Source: Nitrospinales bacterium
GTDB taxonomy: Bacteria; Nitrospinota; Nitrospinia; Nitrospinales; VA-1
DNA length: 64,000 nucleotides
Direction: 5' to 3'
Assembly: GCA_965205835.1 (NCBI GenBank)
Contig: OZ242182.1
Span: 1,532,226-1,596,225 of the forward strand
Shown: positions 40,825-50,255 of the stretch, piece by piece
Numbering within the stretch: the stretch's first letter is position 1
Layout of the letters: every line of letters begins with the position of its first letter
Translations under genes and position numbers: made by a program
The notes under the pieces: model-generated
What the model was told of the DNA's origin: nothing
The model's database searches: none
Seen by the model: the letters and a program-made list of their open reading frames with translations, nothing else

Positions 40825-41972
40825 CAAATAACATTGCAGGAGTAGTAATATCGTCGTTGGGTACGATTGTTCTTCTGATCGGTCAAATTACTATTGATCA
40901 TAGATTGGCATATGAAGGAATCCCACTGAATACAGGCGTGTTTTTGCTGGCATTTTTAACAACGATCTGTCTCGCTAAAGGGAGACCATTGATAAAAGTA
41001 TCTGTTTATCTTTCTCCGTTATTAACTGCGCTCATTCCCCTGTTATATAGCGATAATTTTGAATATGGCGTGTACAAAGCATCAAATTTAATAATTTCAT
41101 CATCATTGGCAACCGCTTGTTATTTTTATGTATCAAAGAATTTTGGGGTGGATTTCTTATTAAAAAACATATTAACAATGCTTTCGTGTTTGTTGATTCT
41201 AGCGATCATACATAAATTAAATTATGGGTTTGGGTGTAGAAGGGATGTTAATTTTTTCCTAAATGGACCAATCACTTTTTCAAGATTGATGGGTATGGCT
41301 TTGTTAATAAGCATTTATTTGTTTGCAGGTTTCAGGCGAATAGTTGTGATGCTGATTTTTCTTTTTGCCATGGTGTGGACAAATTCAAAAGGCCCTCTTT
41401 TAGCTCTCTTTATTACATTGCTGTATATGTATTTTAATTCAGCAGAAAAACGTAAACGTATTCCTGACATATTGGTGGGCACCTTCACAAGTTTGATTGT
41501 TTGCTTTATGTTATGGCAATTTACCGAAATAAACAAACTGTGCCTATTTAACAGGTTTCCCAACGATATAACATCTAGCAGTTATTCAGTAAGGCTTGAA
41601 ATGATGGAAAGCTCCGTAAGAGAGATTATAAGCCAGCCAATAATAGGTGCTGGTTTAGGTGACTGGGCTTTAGTTGTACCCAATAAATACGAGTTACTAT
41701 ATCCGCATAATATCTTTTTAGAAGTTTTTGTTGAGTTTGGTCTTATATTTGGTTGTGTTTTTCTAATTCCATATTTTTATTTTATTTTATTTTTAGATAG
41801 GAACAATATTTTCTCTACGCTTGCTTTATTTCACTTTATTGCCCAACAAGTGAGTGGCGATATATTAGATGGAAGATACATTGTTGTTTTCAGTGTATTA
41901 TCATTGTTAGTCAATAAGGGTTTTCCATCGCCAGAAAGTAAGGAGAAAAACCAACCTCTGTTCTCGTCATGA
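40821..41972 (+). CDS. wzy: O-antigen polymerase (Wzy-type, Wzy_C domain)
   Basis: The protein is 383 aa and polytopic. The Wzy_C-like segment reads TNSKGPLLALFITLLYMY, and the loop ends in YPHNIFLEVFVEFGLIFG. The start overlaps the wzx stop (GTGA). Confidence 0.7.
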   Translation: MTNNIAGVVISSLGTIVLLIGQITIDHRLAYEGIPLNTGVFLLAFLTTICLAKGRPLIKVSVYLSPLLTALIPLLYSDNFEYGVYKASNLIISSSLATACYFYVSKNFGVDFLLKNILTMLSCLLILAIIHKLNYGFGCRRDVNFFLNGPITFSRLMGMALLISIYLFAGFRRIVVMLIFLFAMVWTNSKGPLLALFITLLYMYFNSAEKRKRIPDILVGTFTSLIVCFMLWQFTEINKLCLFNRFPNDITSSSYSVRLEMMESSVREIISQPIIGAGLGDWALVVPNKYELLYPHNIFLEVFVEFGLIFGCVFLIPYFYFILFLDRNNIFSTLALFHFIAQQVSGDILDGRYIVVFSVLSLLVNKGFPSPESKEKNQPLFSS

Positions 41973-42126
41973 CCCTAATTCCAGTAGTACCAATCAGTCT
42001 TTTCATTTTTCTATTTCACTTTCTCGTCAGTGATGGACCTATAGCTATCTTGATGAGGAGATATAAAGCTGAAAATTACCGCAGTATTTCTTCTGCCCTT
42101 ACCCGGGCATACCAATACCAATCCGC

Positions 42127-43404
42127 ATGCTTCCGCATAGACATGGCTTTATTTTGAAGGTCTGGATATTTCAAACGGGCGAGCCTTTGCATGTTGACAG
42201 CGGGCAACCTCGGCCAATGCGTGCGATGAATTTAAGCGACAAGCTGGTTGATGCGGGTCATGATGTTGTCTTGTGGAGTTCGGCATTTAGTCATCAACAT
42301 AAACTACACCGAAGCAAAAAGTACGCAACACTCCAAATCAATGACAGTTTAGAAATTCGTTTGATCCCCAGCTGTGGTTATACAAGACATATTGGTTTAG
42401 GACGACTAATAGATCATGCTCAATTGGCATGGAATTTGGCGAGGTTGCTGAAAAAAGAAAAAGATAAACCCAGTATAGCATTTATTGGCTATCCACCGAT
42501 TGAGGTTGCTGCAGTTGTAAGTCTCTGGCTAAAAAAACGCAATGTGCCGACGGTATTGGATGTCAAGGATTTGTGGCCTTCGATGTTTATTGAGGTGCTA
42601 CCTGGCTTCTTGCGGCCACTAGGGAAAGTGGTTTTTTACCCTTATTTCTACCTGGCGAAACGCACTATTCGAGAGGTGAGCTGCGTGTCTTCAATGGCAC
42701 CGGATTTTTTAGAACGGGTGTTAAGTTTTGCTGGTAAAAAAGGCTCGGAACTGGATAAAGTCTTTCGGCTCACTGCTCCTGGCGCACAATCCACCGGCAA
42801 AGAATTGCTGCTGGCAAAAACATGGTGGCAAAAGCAAGGCGTTGACGGAATTTTACCAATTGTATTTTTCGTAGGCGGCTTTGCGTCTGTTTTTGATTTT
42901 AAACCTGTGCAACAAGCAATAAAACAACTGGTGGAGCAAGGAATAAAATGTCAGTTTGTGTTGTGCGGTTCCGGGTATTATTTAGATGCGGTTAAAACCA
43001 TGATGCAAGCCTTACCTCATGTGGTTTTCCCAGGGTGGATTGACAGACCTAAGATTGAAAGTTTGGCCAAGATGTCGATTGCCTCTCTGGCGCCGTACAA
43101 AAACATTGATAATTTTATACTGAATACCCCTAATAAAATCGTTGATGCGCTCGCGCTAGGATTGCCAATACTGAGTCCATTAAGAGGGGAGGTGGGTAAT
43201 TTAATCTTAAATCATAACGTAGGCATGACTTATGGTAGAGATAAAACACTGAAGCAGTGTATTGAGATAATGCTCGAAAATAAATCGCTGCGAAGAGCCA
43301 TGTCAAACAACGCCCGGAAGCTTTATAACGATGCTTTTGAGTTCGATAAAGTTTATGATGATTTTGTTGCGCACCTTGAGAAAATAGTAAAGGATGAGCG
43401 GTAA
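42127..43404 (+). CDS. Family 4 glycosyltransferase (WbuB-like)
   Basis: KVWIFQTGEPLHVDSGQPRPMRAMNLSDKLVDAGHDVVLWSSAF resembles the N-terminus of WbuB-type GT4 enzymes. The C-terminal half carries the GT-B EX7E region. The true start may be the in-frame TTG at 42154 (MKVWIFQ). Confidence 0.8.
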   Translation: MLPHRHGFILKVWIFQTGEPLHVDSGQPRPMRAMNLSDKLVDAGHDVVLWSSAFSHQHKLHRSKKYATLQINDSLEIRLIPSCGYTRHIGLGRLIDHAQLAWNLARLLKKEKDKPSIAFIGYPPIEVAAVVSLWLKKRNVPTVLDVKDLWPSMFIEVLPGFLRPLGKVVFYPYFYLAKRTIREVSCVSSMAPDFLERVLSFAGKKGSELDKVFRLTAPGAQSTGKELLLAKTWWQKQGVDGILPIVFFVGGFASVFDFKPVQQAIKQLVEQGIKCQFVLCGSGYYLDAVKTMMQALPHVVFPGWIDRPKIESLAKMSIASLAPYKNIDNFILNTPNKIVDALALGLPILSPLRGEVGNLILNHNVGMTYGRDKTLKQCIEIMLENKSLRRAMSNNARKLYNDAFEFDKVYDDFVAHLEKIVKDER

Positions 43405-43444
43405 AAATATTGAGTTAAATCGCTATGATGATCGTTAAAAAAAT

Positions 43445-44503
43445 ATGAATAATCTCTTTAATAGTAATTTGGGTGAGCTGGCAGATCCAACTGAATTTCA
43501 TGAGCCTTTGTCCATTGACATTGCTGATTCCGGTTTTCTTGCGTCTTCTCTGAAGACCATGATAATGATAAGAAAAGTTGAGCAACAACTGGCTTTTGGC
43601 AAGAAAAATGGTTTGATTGGCGGGCCTGTGCACCTTGGGGTTGGGCAAGAAGCCATTGCTGTTGGCGTGTCTGCTTCTTTGCATAAAACGGACAGGGTGT
43701 TTGGCACACATCGTTCCCATTCTCATTTGCTTGCTCTCAATCCTGATTTTTACAAACTTTTTGCTGAAGTGTTGGGAAAAAAAACCGGCTTTTCCTGTGG
43801 CATGGGCGGCTCAATGCATTTGTGGGATCAGCCGAATGGCTTTTATGGATCGGTGCCCATCGTATCCGGCACTGTGTCTTTGGCGGTTGGTGCGGCAATG
43901 GCCGCAAAATTGCAGAAAACTAGCGATATAGGTGTCGCTTATATCGGTGATGGTGCTGTGGAAGAAGGTATTGTGCATGAATCACTGAATTTAGCGCGTA
44001 TCCAAAACGCGCCCATGTTGTTTGTACTTGAAAATAACCTGTTCGCGAGCCATATGCATATTTCATTGCGACAACCTGGCAATATGACCTCCAGGTTTGC
44101 TGTGGCAAATAATATTCCACATAAGCTGGTGGATGGAAACAATGTAATTGCGGTAGCAAGAGTTGCAAAGAGCTTGATTGGCAATGCCAGAGAGGGTAAT
44201 GGACCAGCTTTTTTGGAGCTTGTTACTTATCGCTGGTATGGACATGTTGATTGGAGGGATGACGTGGATGTGGGTGTCGCGCGTTCACTGGATGATATTG
44301 AGAACTGGAAAGCAAGAGACCCTATTTCTCGTCTGTCTGCCGCCATGATGGATAAAGGCATATGGACTAAAGAACAGGAAGATGCTTTGAGTGATGAATT
44401 TGACAAGCAGATAGAAATTGCATGGGAAAAAGCAATGAGCGACCCGTATCCCGATGATGATGCGACACTCAATTATGTTTATTCATCCAACTCTTCGAAA
44501 TAA
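43445..44503 (+). CDS. Thiamine-diphosphate-dependent dehydrogenase E1 component, alpha subunit
   Basis: GPVHLGVGQEAIAVG ... YIGDGAVEEGIVHESLNLARIQNAPMLFVLENNLFA (the GDG-x24-NN TPP-binding motif) ... TYRWYGHV. Confidence 0.9.
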   Translation: MNNLFNSNLGELADPTEFHEPLSIDIADSGFLASSLKTMIMIRKVEQQLAFGKKNGLIGGPVHLGVGQEAIAVGVSASLHKTDRVFGTHRSHSHLLALNPDFYKLFAEVLGKKTGFSCGMGGSMHLWDQPNGFYGSVPIVSGTVSLAVGAAMAAKLQKTSDIGVAYIGDGAVEEGIVHESLNLARIQNAPMLFVLENNLFASHMHISLRQPGNMTSRFAVANNIPHKLVDGNNVIAVARVAKSLIGNAREGNGPAFLELVTYRWYGHVDWRDDVDVGVARSLDDIENWKARDPISRLSAAMMDKGIWTKEQEDALSDEFDKQIEIAWEKAMSDPYPDDDATLNYVYSSNSSK

Positions 44504-44509
44504 TTACTA

Positions 44510-45505
44510 ATGACATTGAAAAAATATAATTATGGTGCTGCCATTTGCGCTGCTTTTGAGTATTTATTAGAAAATTATCCAGAGGTGTTTGTGATTGGCC
44601 AGGGTTTGTGGAGCCCTTGGTATGTTGGCAATTCCATGACTGGTCTTGATAAAAAATTTGGCGTTGAGCGTGTTATTGATACGCCGGTTTCTGAATCCGC
44701 ATGTACTGGTGCTACGGTGGGTGCATCGCTGGCAGGGATGAAGCCAATCGCAGTACATCCGAGAATGGATTTTATGCTATATGCAATGGATGCAGTTGTT
44801 AATCAAGCTGCGAAGTGGTCGCATATGATGGGTGGTCAGGCGCATCCGTCGGTTACCATTCGATCTATCATTAATCGTGGCGGGGAGCAGGGCGCGCAAC
44901 ATTCACAAGCGCTTCACGCCTGGTTTGCTCATGTGCCTGGGCTTCGAGTTGTTATGCCTGCCACCGTAGCTGACGCAAGGGATTTGCTGATTGCTGCGGT
45001 TTTATGCGAGGATCCGGTGATGTACATAGATGATCGATGGTTATATGAGCAGGAGGACGACCTTGCGCCTATAGAAGAGATTGACCTCACTACACAAGGC
45101 CCACGCTCTATCTGTTCGGGAAGTGACATCACTGTTGTTGGCTCTGGATATACCTCTTATCTTGCAAAACAAGCTGCCGAACAGCTTGAAACTGAGGGCG
45201 TATCGGCAGAAGTAATCGATATTCGAGTGCTGAACCCATTTGACCCGGGATTGATTATTGAATCTGTGAGAAAAACTCAGCATCTGTTGGCTATAGATTC
45301 TGGCTGGCGTTCTGTCGGATTTTCTGCGGAAGTGATTTCGAGCGTTGTGGAGAGGGTTCCTGTGGATTGTCTGAAGAAACCACCACGACGTCTCACATTA
45401 CCTGATGCCCCTGCTCCCACCTCGCGAGTACTTGAGAGTGAATATTACTTTACTTTGAAAGATATTGTTGAGGCAGCAAAAGCATTTATGGAAACTGAAA
45501 GATGA
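44510..45505 (+). CDS. E1 component beta subunit (transketolase-like pyrimidine-binding and C-terminal domains)
   Basis: RVIDTPVSESACTGATVGASLAGMKPI ... QHSQALHAWFAHVPGLRVVMPATVADARDLL ... DITVVGSGY ... AEVIDIRVLNPFD. Confidence 0.9.
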   Translation: MTLKKYNYGAAICAAFEYLLENYPEVFVIGQGLWSPWYVGNSMTGLDKKFGVERVIDTPVSESACTGATVGASLAGMKPIAVHPRMDFMLYAMDAVVNQAAKWSHMMGGQAHPSVTIRSIINRGGEQGAQHSQALHAWFAHVPGLRVVMPATVADARDLLIAAVLCEDPVMYIDDRWLYEQEDDLAPIEEIDLTTQGPRSICSGSDITVVGSGYTSYLAKQAAEQLETEGVSAEVIDIRVLNPFDPGLIIESVRKTQHLLAIDSGWRSVGFSAEVISSVVERVPVDCLKKPPRRLTLPDAPAPTSRVLESEYYFTLKDIVEAAKAFMETER

Positions 45506-46197
45506 CAATGGAGAACGAAACGAAAGATTGGTACAAGGAATATTATAAGAAGCGGGGCGCTTCCCGAAATGACTTATTTAACCCCGAAGTTTTATTTCAG
45601 GAGTTGGCATATAAAAGAGCATGGCTTGAGGCTTTTCGTGGCATAGATAAACAGGCTGAAATACTTGATGTAGGCGGAGGGGTGGGGGCGGGGCTATTAA
45701 GAGCGATTGAAGCAGGATTTTCCTCAAAACAATTATATCTTATCGACATAATGGAAGAACGCATAGAATATGCTAGGAAGCGGTTGCCGAATGATGTGCA
45801 TGTGCGCCAAGGCAATGCAGGTGATATGAGTTATTTTGATTCGTCCAAATTTGATGTGGTTACCTCATCTACTATGTTTATTCAATTACTAGACGAAATA
45901 CTTGCTGAAAAAATTGCAGGTGAAATGATAAGAGTGACAAAAAACAAAGGAATGTTGCTTATATTTGATTGGGTGTATGACTTTTGGCAATCAGAGTATG
46001 TGGCTGTAGATTACAGCAGAGTACATGCGTTATTTTGTAATAATCAAGCGGAGGTTCGTGTGGTAAAAAGAATCAAGGGACAATTGATACCACCGATCGG
46101 TCGTTTTCTTTCTAAATACCTGCCATCAATGTATTTTATTGCTCAGAAAATACCGCTGTCAACTGGACTGTATTGTTATATTCTGAAAAAATCCTGA
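45502..46197 (+). CDS. Class I SAM-dependent methyltransferase
   Basis: ILDVGGGVGAG is SAM motif I. FDVVTSSTMFIQL and LLIFDW are also present. The start overlaps the E1 beta stop (ATGA). Confidence 0.8.
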   Translation: MTMENETKDWYKEYYKKRGASRNDLFNPEVLFQELAYKRAWLEAFRGIDKQAEILDVGGGVGAGLLRAIEAGFSSKQLYLIDIMEERIEYARKRLPNDVHVRQGNAGDMSYFDSSKFDVVTSSTMFIQLLDEILAEKIAGEMIRVTKNKGMLLIFDWVYDFWQSEYVAVDYSRVHALFCNNQAEVRVVKRIKGQLIPPIGRFLSKYLPSMYFIAQKIPLSTGLYCYILKKS

Positions 46198-46219
46198 ATG
46201 AAATAAACGTCTTATAAGA

Positions 46220-47323
46220 ATGAAAGTTCCTTTTTTTAATTATCCTCGCGCTTATCTGGATGATCGGGAAAATCTGATCAATGTTTTTGAAGATGTCGGA
46301 ACTCGCGGTGCATTCATCATGCAGCAAGATCTTCGTGATTGGGAGCTCGCGCTTGCCGAATTTACAGGCGCAAAATATGCGGTCGGTGTAGCAAATGCTA
46401 CGGATGGTCTTGAGTTAGCTTGGATGGCATTGGGTTTGGGGCCTGGCGACGAGGTTATCTGCTGTTCTCACACCATGCTTGCAACTGCTTCTGCGATTAA
46501 AACTGCTGGCGGTACGCCTGTGCCTGTTGAGTTGGGAGAAGATAACCTGATAGACCCCGATGCTGTCGAAGCGGCAATTACCACAAGAACCGTTGGCATT
46601 ATGCCAACACAGCTCAATGGTCGAACCTGTAATATGGATCCTATTATGCGTATCGCAGAAAAAAATAATTTCTTCGTGGTAGAGGACTCTGCCCAGGCGT
46701 TGGGTTCGCGTTTTAAGGGTCAGCATGCGGGTACATTTGGTCATGCGGGCGCGTTCAGTTTCTTTCCCGCAAAGGTATTAGGTTGTCTTGGTGATGGCGG
46801 CGGGGTAGTTATAAATGACTTTAATTTATTTGATAAGGTCTATCAACTGCACGATCATGGCAGAGATATTAATGGCGAGGTAAGAAGCTGGGGAAGAAAT
46901 AGTCGGCTAGATAATCTGCAAGCGGCCATTCTGAACCACCGCATCAAAAGTTATGATCAAATAATTGCCAGACGTCGTGCTGTTGCCAGCATGTATCAGC
47001 AGCAATTGGGCGATCTTGAAGAATTGCAGTTGCCGCCTGCGCCAGATGCCAATCCTGATCATTTTGACGTTTATCAGAATTACGAGTTGCAAGCCGATAG
47101 ACGCGATGATTTAAAGCAATATCTTCATGCAAATGATATCGATACTCTGATTCAGTGGGGAGGAAAAGCTGTTCACCAGTGGGAGCATTTGGGGTTTGCC
47201 ATTACACTTCCAAAAGTTGAACGGTTTTTTCAGCGATGCATGATGTTGCCGATGAATATGTTCATTGATGATGATGATGTTAATTATGTGTGTAGCAAAA
47301 TAAGAGAGTTTTACAGGCAGTAG
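46220..47323 (+). CDS. DegT/DnrJ/EryC1/StrS-family sugar aminotransferase
   Basis: FTGAKYAVGVANATDGLELAWMALG ... IMPTQLNG ... VEDSAQALGS ... SFFPAKVLGCLGDGG over 367 aa. Confidence 0.9.
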   Translation: MKVPFFNYPRAYLDDRENLINVFEDVGTRGAFIMQQDLRDWELALAEFTGAKYAVGVANATDGLELAWMALGLGPGDEVICCSHTMLATASAIKTAGGTPVPVELGEDNLIDPDAVEAAITTRTVGIMPTQLNGRTCNMDPIMRIAEKNNFFVVEDSAQALGSRFKGQHAGTFGHAGAFSFFPAKVLGCLGDGGGVVINDFNLFDKVYQLHDHGRDINGEVRSWGRNSRLDNLQAAILNHRIKSYDQIIARRRAVASMYQQQLGDLEELQLPPAPDANPDHFDVYQNYELQADRRDDLKQYLHANDIDTLIQWGGKAVHQWEHLGFAITLPKVERFFQRCMMLPMNMFIDDDDVNYVCSKIREFYRQ

Positions 47324-47325
47324 CG

Positions 47326-48054
47326 ATGAAAAGAATGCTTGATTTTGTTATTGCCATGTTTGGATTGTTGATTGCCAGTCCAGTTTTGTTGCCATTGCTT
47401 TTTCTTGTCTGGATGCAAGATCGCCAGTCACCATTTTATATTGCTCATCGCGTTGGCAAAGACGAAAGATTGTTCAATATAGTAAAATTGAGATCTATGG
47501 TTGTTAATGCAGATAAGAATGGTGTTGATTCAACCAGCAACAGTGATGTGCGAATTACACCCATCGGTCATTTTATTCGTAATTATAAATTAGATGAGCT
47601 AACCCAGCTGTGGAATGTATTGTTGGGAGATATGAGCTTGGTTGGACCGCGTCCAAATGTGCAAAGTGAAACTGACTTGTATACAACTACTGAGAAAAAA
47701 TTGCTTTCTGTTAAGCCTGGTATTACTGATTTTTCATCAATTATCTTTTCTGATGAGGGGAATATTTTAGCAGGCAGACAGGACCCTGACTTGTCTTACA
47801 ATCAATTGATTCGCCCCTGGAAGTCGCGCCTGGGTCTAATTTATATCGCCCATCAATCCATGTGGCTTGATATACAACTGGTTTTCTACACTATCGCAAC
47901 TATTGTATCAAAGAGCCATGCTATCTCTTGGGTAGTCAAGAAACTTGATGATTTTGATGCAGGGGAAGATGTTATAAAAGTTTCACGCCGTGATAAAACG
48001 CTTGTTCCTCACCCTCCCCCGGGCACGGACCAGATTGTGACAGAGAGAAGTTAG
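47326..48054 (+). CDS. Small monotopic undecaprenyl-phosphate sugar-phosphate transferase (PglC/WbaP C-terminal type)
   Basis: MKRMLDFVIAMFGLLIASPVLLPLLFLVWMQDRQSPFY ... KLRSM ... DELTQLWNVLLGDMSLVGPRP ... KPGITD. Confidence 0.9.
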   Translation: MKRMLDFVIAMFGLLIASPVLLPLLFLVWMQDRQSPFYIAHRVGKDERLFNIVKLRSMVVNADKNGVDSTSNSDVRITPIGHFIRNYKLDELTQLWNVLLGDMSLVGPRPNVQSETDLYTTTEKKLLSVKPGITDFSSIIFSDEGNILAGRQDPDLSYNQLIRPWKSRLGLIYIAHQSMWLDIQLVFYTIATIVSKSHAISWVVKKLDDFDAGEDVIKVSRRDKTLVPHPPPGTDQIVTERS

Positions 48055-48106
48055 GCTTATTTTCTCTGAGTTTATTGTCCCAAATCTCTGGTCAAAGCCA
48101 TACACT

Positions 48107-48510
48107 TTGGTTTCATATGTGTATTCCGATTTTGCGAATGCTCAAGGCAGGGCCTTGGCCGTTGGTAAGGATGGTTCTAGAATAGTGGTGGGCGTTGCTG
48201 CCAATGCTTTCAAACTGCTGGGAAATACCCCCAACAGAGTGCGTGGCTTGCTATATCAGTCATTGCTGTTGTTCGATGCTGTATTTCTCGTTACAAGCGC
48301 GGTGTTGTGCTGGCGATTAAATATATTATTTACTTTATTGACGCTATTTATATTATTAGAACAGATGCCTTTATAAAAGAAGGTAGTCTTTTTACTGATG
48401 AGGCTATCTCTTATGTCATGAGCAAAGCGAAAAGCTTGGATATTGACAGTATGGAGGATTTAGAAAAAGTGGCAAGAAACATAGGACTTATTAAAAGTAG
48501 AAACAGATAG
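48107..48510 (+). pseudogene. Possible cytidylyltransferase (NeuA/KdsB-like CMP-sugar synthetase) remnant
   Basis: Only the C-terminal piece is recognisable: DAIYIIRTDAFIKEGSLFTDEAISYVMSKAKSLDIDSMEDLEKVARNIGL (about 48330-48510). It follows the family pattern NGAIY ... Y.M....S.DID...D. Upstream sequence is degenerate and in another frame. Confidence 0.35.
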
Positions 48511-48920
48511 AACATTGAACTGACATAACACCAAAGTTGAATAGATTCGTTGTTATGGCACGTATGTTTAAAAAAGTACGGTAGTCACCATTCACAGACA
48601 CAGCCAGTCTCCCAGTTGAGATATTCTACACGATTTTAAGCGGCTTCTTTTTCCTCCTACGAGTTTTTAAAGACATATTTTCGGCAAAGCTCCCGGACCA
48701 TCCCGGAAATCAGCCTGCCTTCCTCTACCACCAAACGGACTGCTTTAATAAACACCCCAAAAAATAATTATACCCATCGATTCCTTCGTATCCACTTTTA
48801 CCGAGCAAAACCATGCACCCGTATTTGATCATGGCCCATTACCATTTCGACAAGTTTCTATAGTCTTCCCGCGTATAGATGGCATATCAAGCCAAACCGG
48901 AAGTTCTGAGGCAGGAAAAC

Positions 48921-48998
48921 TGGCGTCCCCAGCGGGATTCGAACCCGCGTCGCCGGCGTGAAAGGCCGGTGTCCTGGGCCAGGCTAGACGATGGGGAC
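48921..48998 (-). tRNA. tRNA-Glu (UUC)
   Basis: The reverse complement is GTCCCCATCGTCTAGCCTGGCCCAGGACACCGGCCTTTCACGCCGGCGACGCGGGTTCGAATCCCGCTGGGGACGCCA. The anticodon loop is CTTTCAC and CCA is encoded. It is close to E. coli tRNA-Glu. Confidence 0.95.
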
Positions 48999-49026
48999 TT
49001 CCAAATTTTAACAAGGAAAAAAGAAA

Positions 49027-49099
49027 TGAGCCGCGAAGGGATCGAACCTTCGACCACTTGATTAAAAGTCAAGTGCTCTACCAACTGAGCTAGCGGCCC
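49027..49099 (-). tRNA. tRNA-Lys (UUU)
   Basis: The reverse complement is GGGCCGCTAGCTCAGTTGGTAGAGCACTTGACTTTTAATCAAGTGGTCGAAGGTTCGATCCCTTCGCGGCTCA. The anticodon loop is CTTTTAA. A possible promoter TTGACA lies on the minus strand at the complement of 49150-49155. Confidence 0.95.
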
Positions 49100-49255
49100 A
49101 TTCTTAAATCAAAAGCAAGAGGGGAAAAATTAACAGACCCATTTTAACATGTCAATGCATTTATTTGGCTTGATTTTATGCCTAAGGCCCAATAATATCT
49201 ATCTTTAACCTGTTTTACCCCTGACCCCGCAAACCTGCTCCATAACGAGGCTCTC

Positions 49256-50173
49256 TTGGAAAAATCTGAAAAAATCTGGATGGATGGGAAAATGGTCCCT
49301 TGGCACGAAGCCAATGTCCATGTCCTCACTCATACTCTGCATTACGGCTTCGGCGTCTTCGAAGGCATTCGTTGCTACAACTCCAAAGATAATGGTTCGG
49401 CCATTTTCCGCCTGCAGGAGCATATCGACCGGCTGTTCCAGTCTGCCGTCATTCTCGGCATCGAAGTGCCCTTTTCCAACAAAGACATCTTTGACGCCAC
49501 CCTCGATGTCGTGCGCAAAAATAAGCTGGATGAATGTTACATCCGCCCCATCATATTTCTGGGGGATAACAAAATGGGACTCAACCCGAAAGGGGTTGAT
49601 GTCCGTTGCGCCATTGCCGCCTGGCCCTGGGGCACCTATCTGGGGGAGGGCGGCCTCGACAAGGGCATCTGTGTCCGCTTGTCTTCCTTCACCCGGCACC
49701 ATGTCAACGTCACCATGACCAAAGCCAAAGCCTGCGGTTATTACATCAACTCTATCCTGGCCAAGGCCGAGGCTGTTCGCGACGGTTACGATGAGGCAAT
49801 TCTTCTCGACCCTTCGGGCTACGTTTCAGAAGGATCGGGAGAAAATATATTTATCTACTCCAAGGGAAAATTACACACCCCTTGTTTGTCCTCCTCCAAT
49901 CTGGATGGGATCACCCGCGACACCGTCCTTGAAATATGCGCGGACCTGGGAGTTGCTCTGGAAGAAAGAACCATCACCCGTGATGAATTGTATATCGCAG
50001 AAGAGGTCTTTCTGTCGGGAACCGCAGCCGAGATCACACCCGTCCGCGAGATCGACAACCGCGTTATCGGTCTGGGCAAAAAGGGTCTCATCACCGACCG
50101 TATCCAGAAAACATTTTTTGAGGTGGTTCGCGGAGGTCAGCCCAAATTCCAGAAATGGCTCACCCGGGTATAA
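49256..50173 (+). CDS. ilvE: Branched-chain amino acid aminotransferase
   Basis: IWMDGKMVPWHEANVHVLTHTLHYGFGVFEGIRCY ... CYIRPIIFLG ... EGSGENIFI ... GITRDTVLE ... TAAEITPVREID. The start is TTG. Confidence 0.95.
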   Translation: MEKSEKIWMDGKMVPWHEANVHVLTHTLHYGFGVFEGIRCYNSKDNGSAIFRLQEHIDRLFQSAVILGIEVPFSNKDIFDATLDVVRKNKLDECYIRPIIFLGDNKMGLNPKGVDVRCAIAAWPWGTYLGEGGLDKGICVRLSSFTRHHVNVTMTKAKACGYYINSILAKAEAVRDGYDEAILLDPSGYVSEGSGENIFIYSKGKLHTPCLSSSNLDGITRDTVLEICADLGVALEERTITRDELYIAEEVFLSGTAAEITPVREIDNRVIGLGKKGLITDRIQKTFFEVVRGGQPKFQKWLTRV

Positions 50174-50255
50174 GCTGAGATAAAACCCCGCCATTTCCGC
50201 TTTTGAATCATATAATTTACGGTCCCTATACCGCAAACACCGGAGATTTTGAGTT

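Noticed and set aside
41969-42157. A 62-aa ORF between wzy and the GT4 gene, with an ATGA overlap at the wzy stop
   Set aside because: It has one hydrophobic stretch but no recognisable family, and it overlaps the probable GT4 start region. It may be a real small membrane peptide, but I cannot support that.
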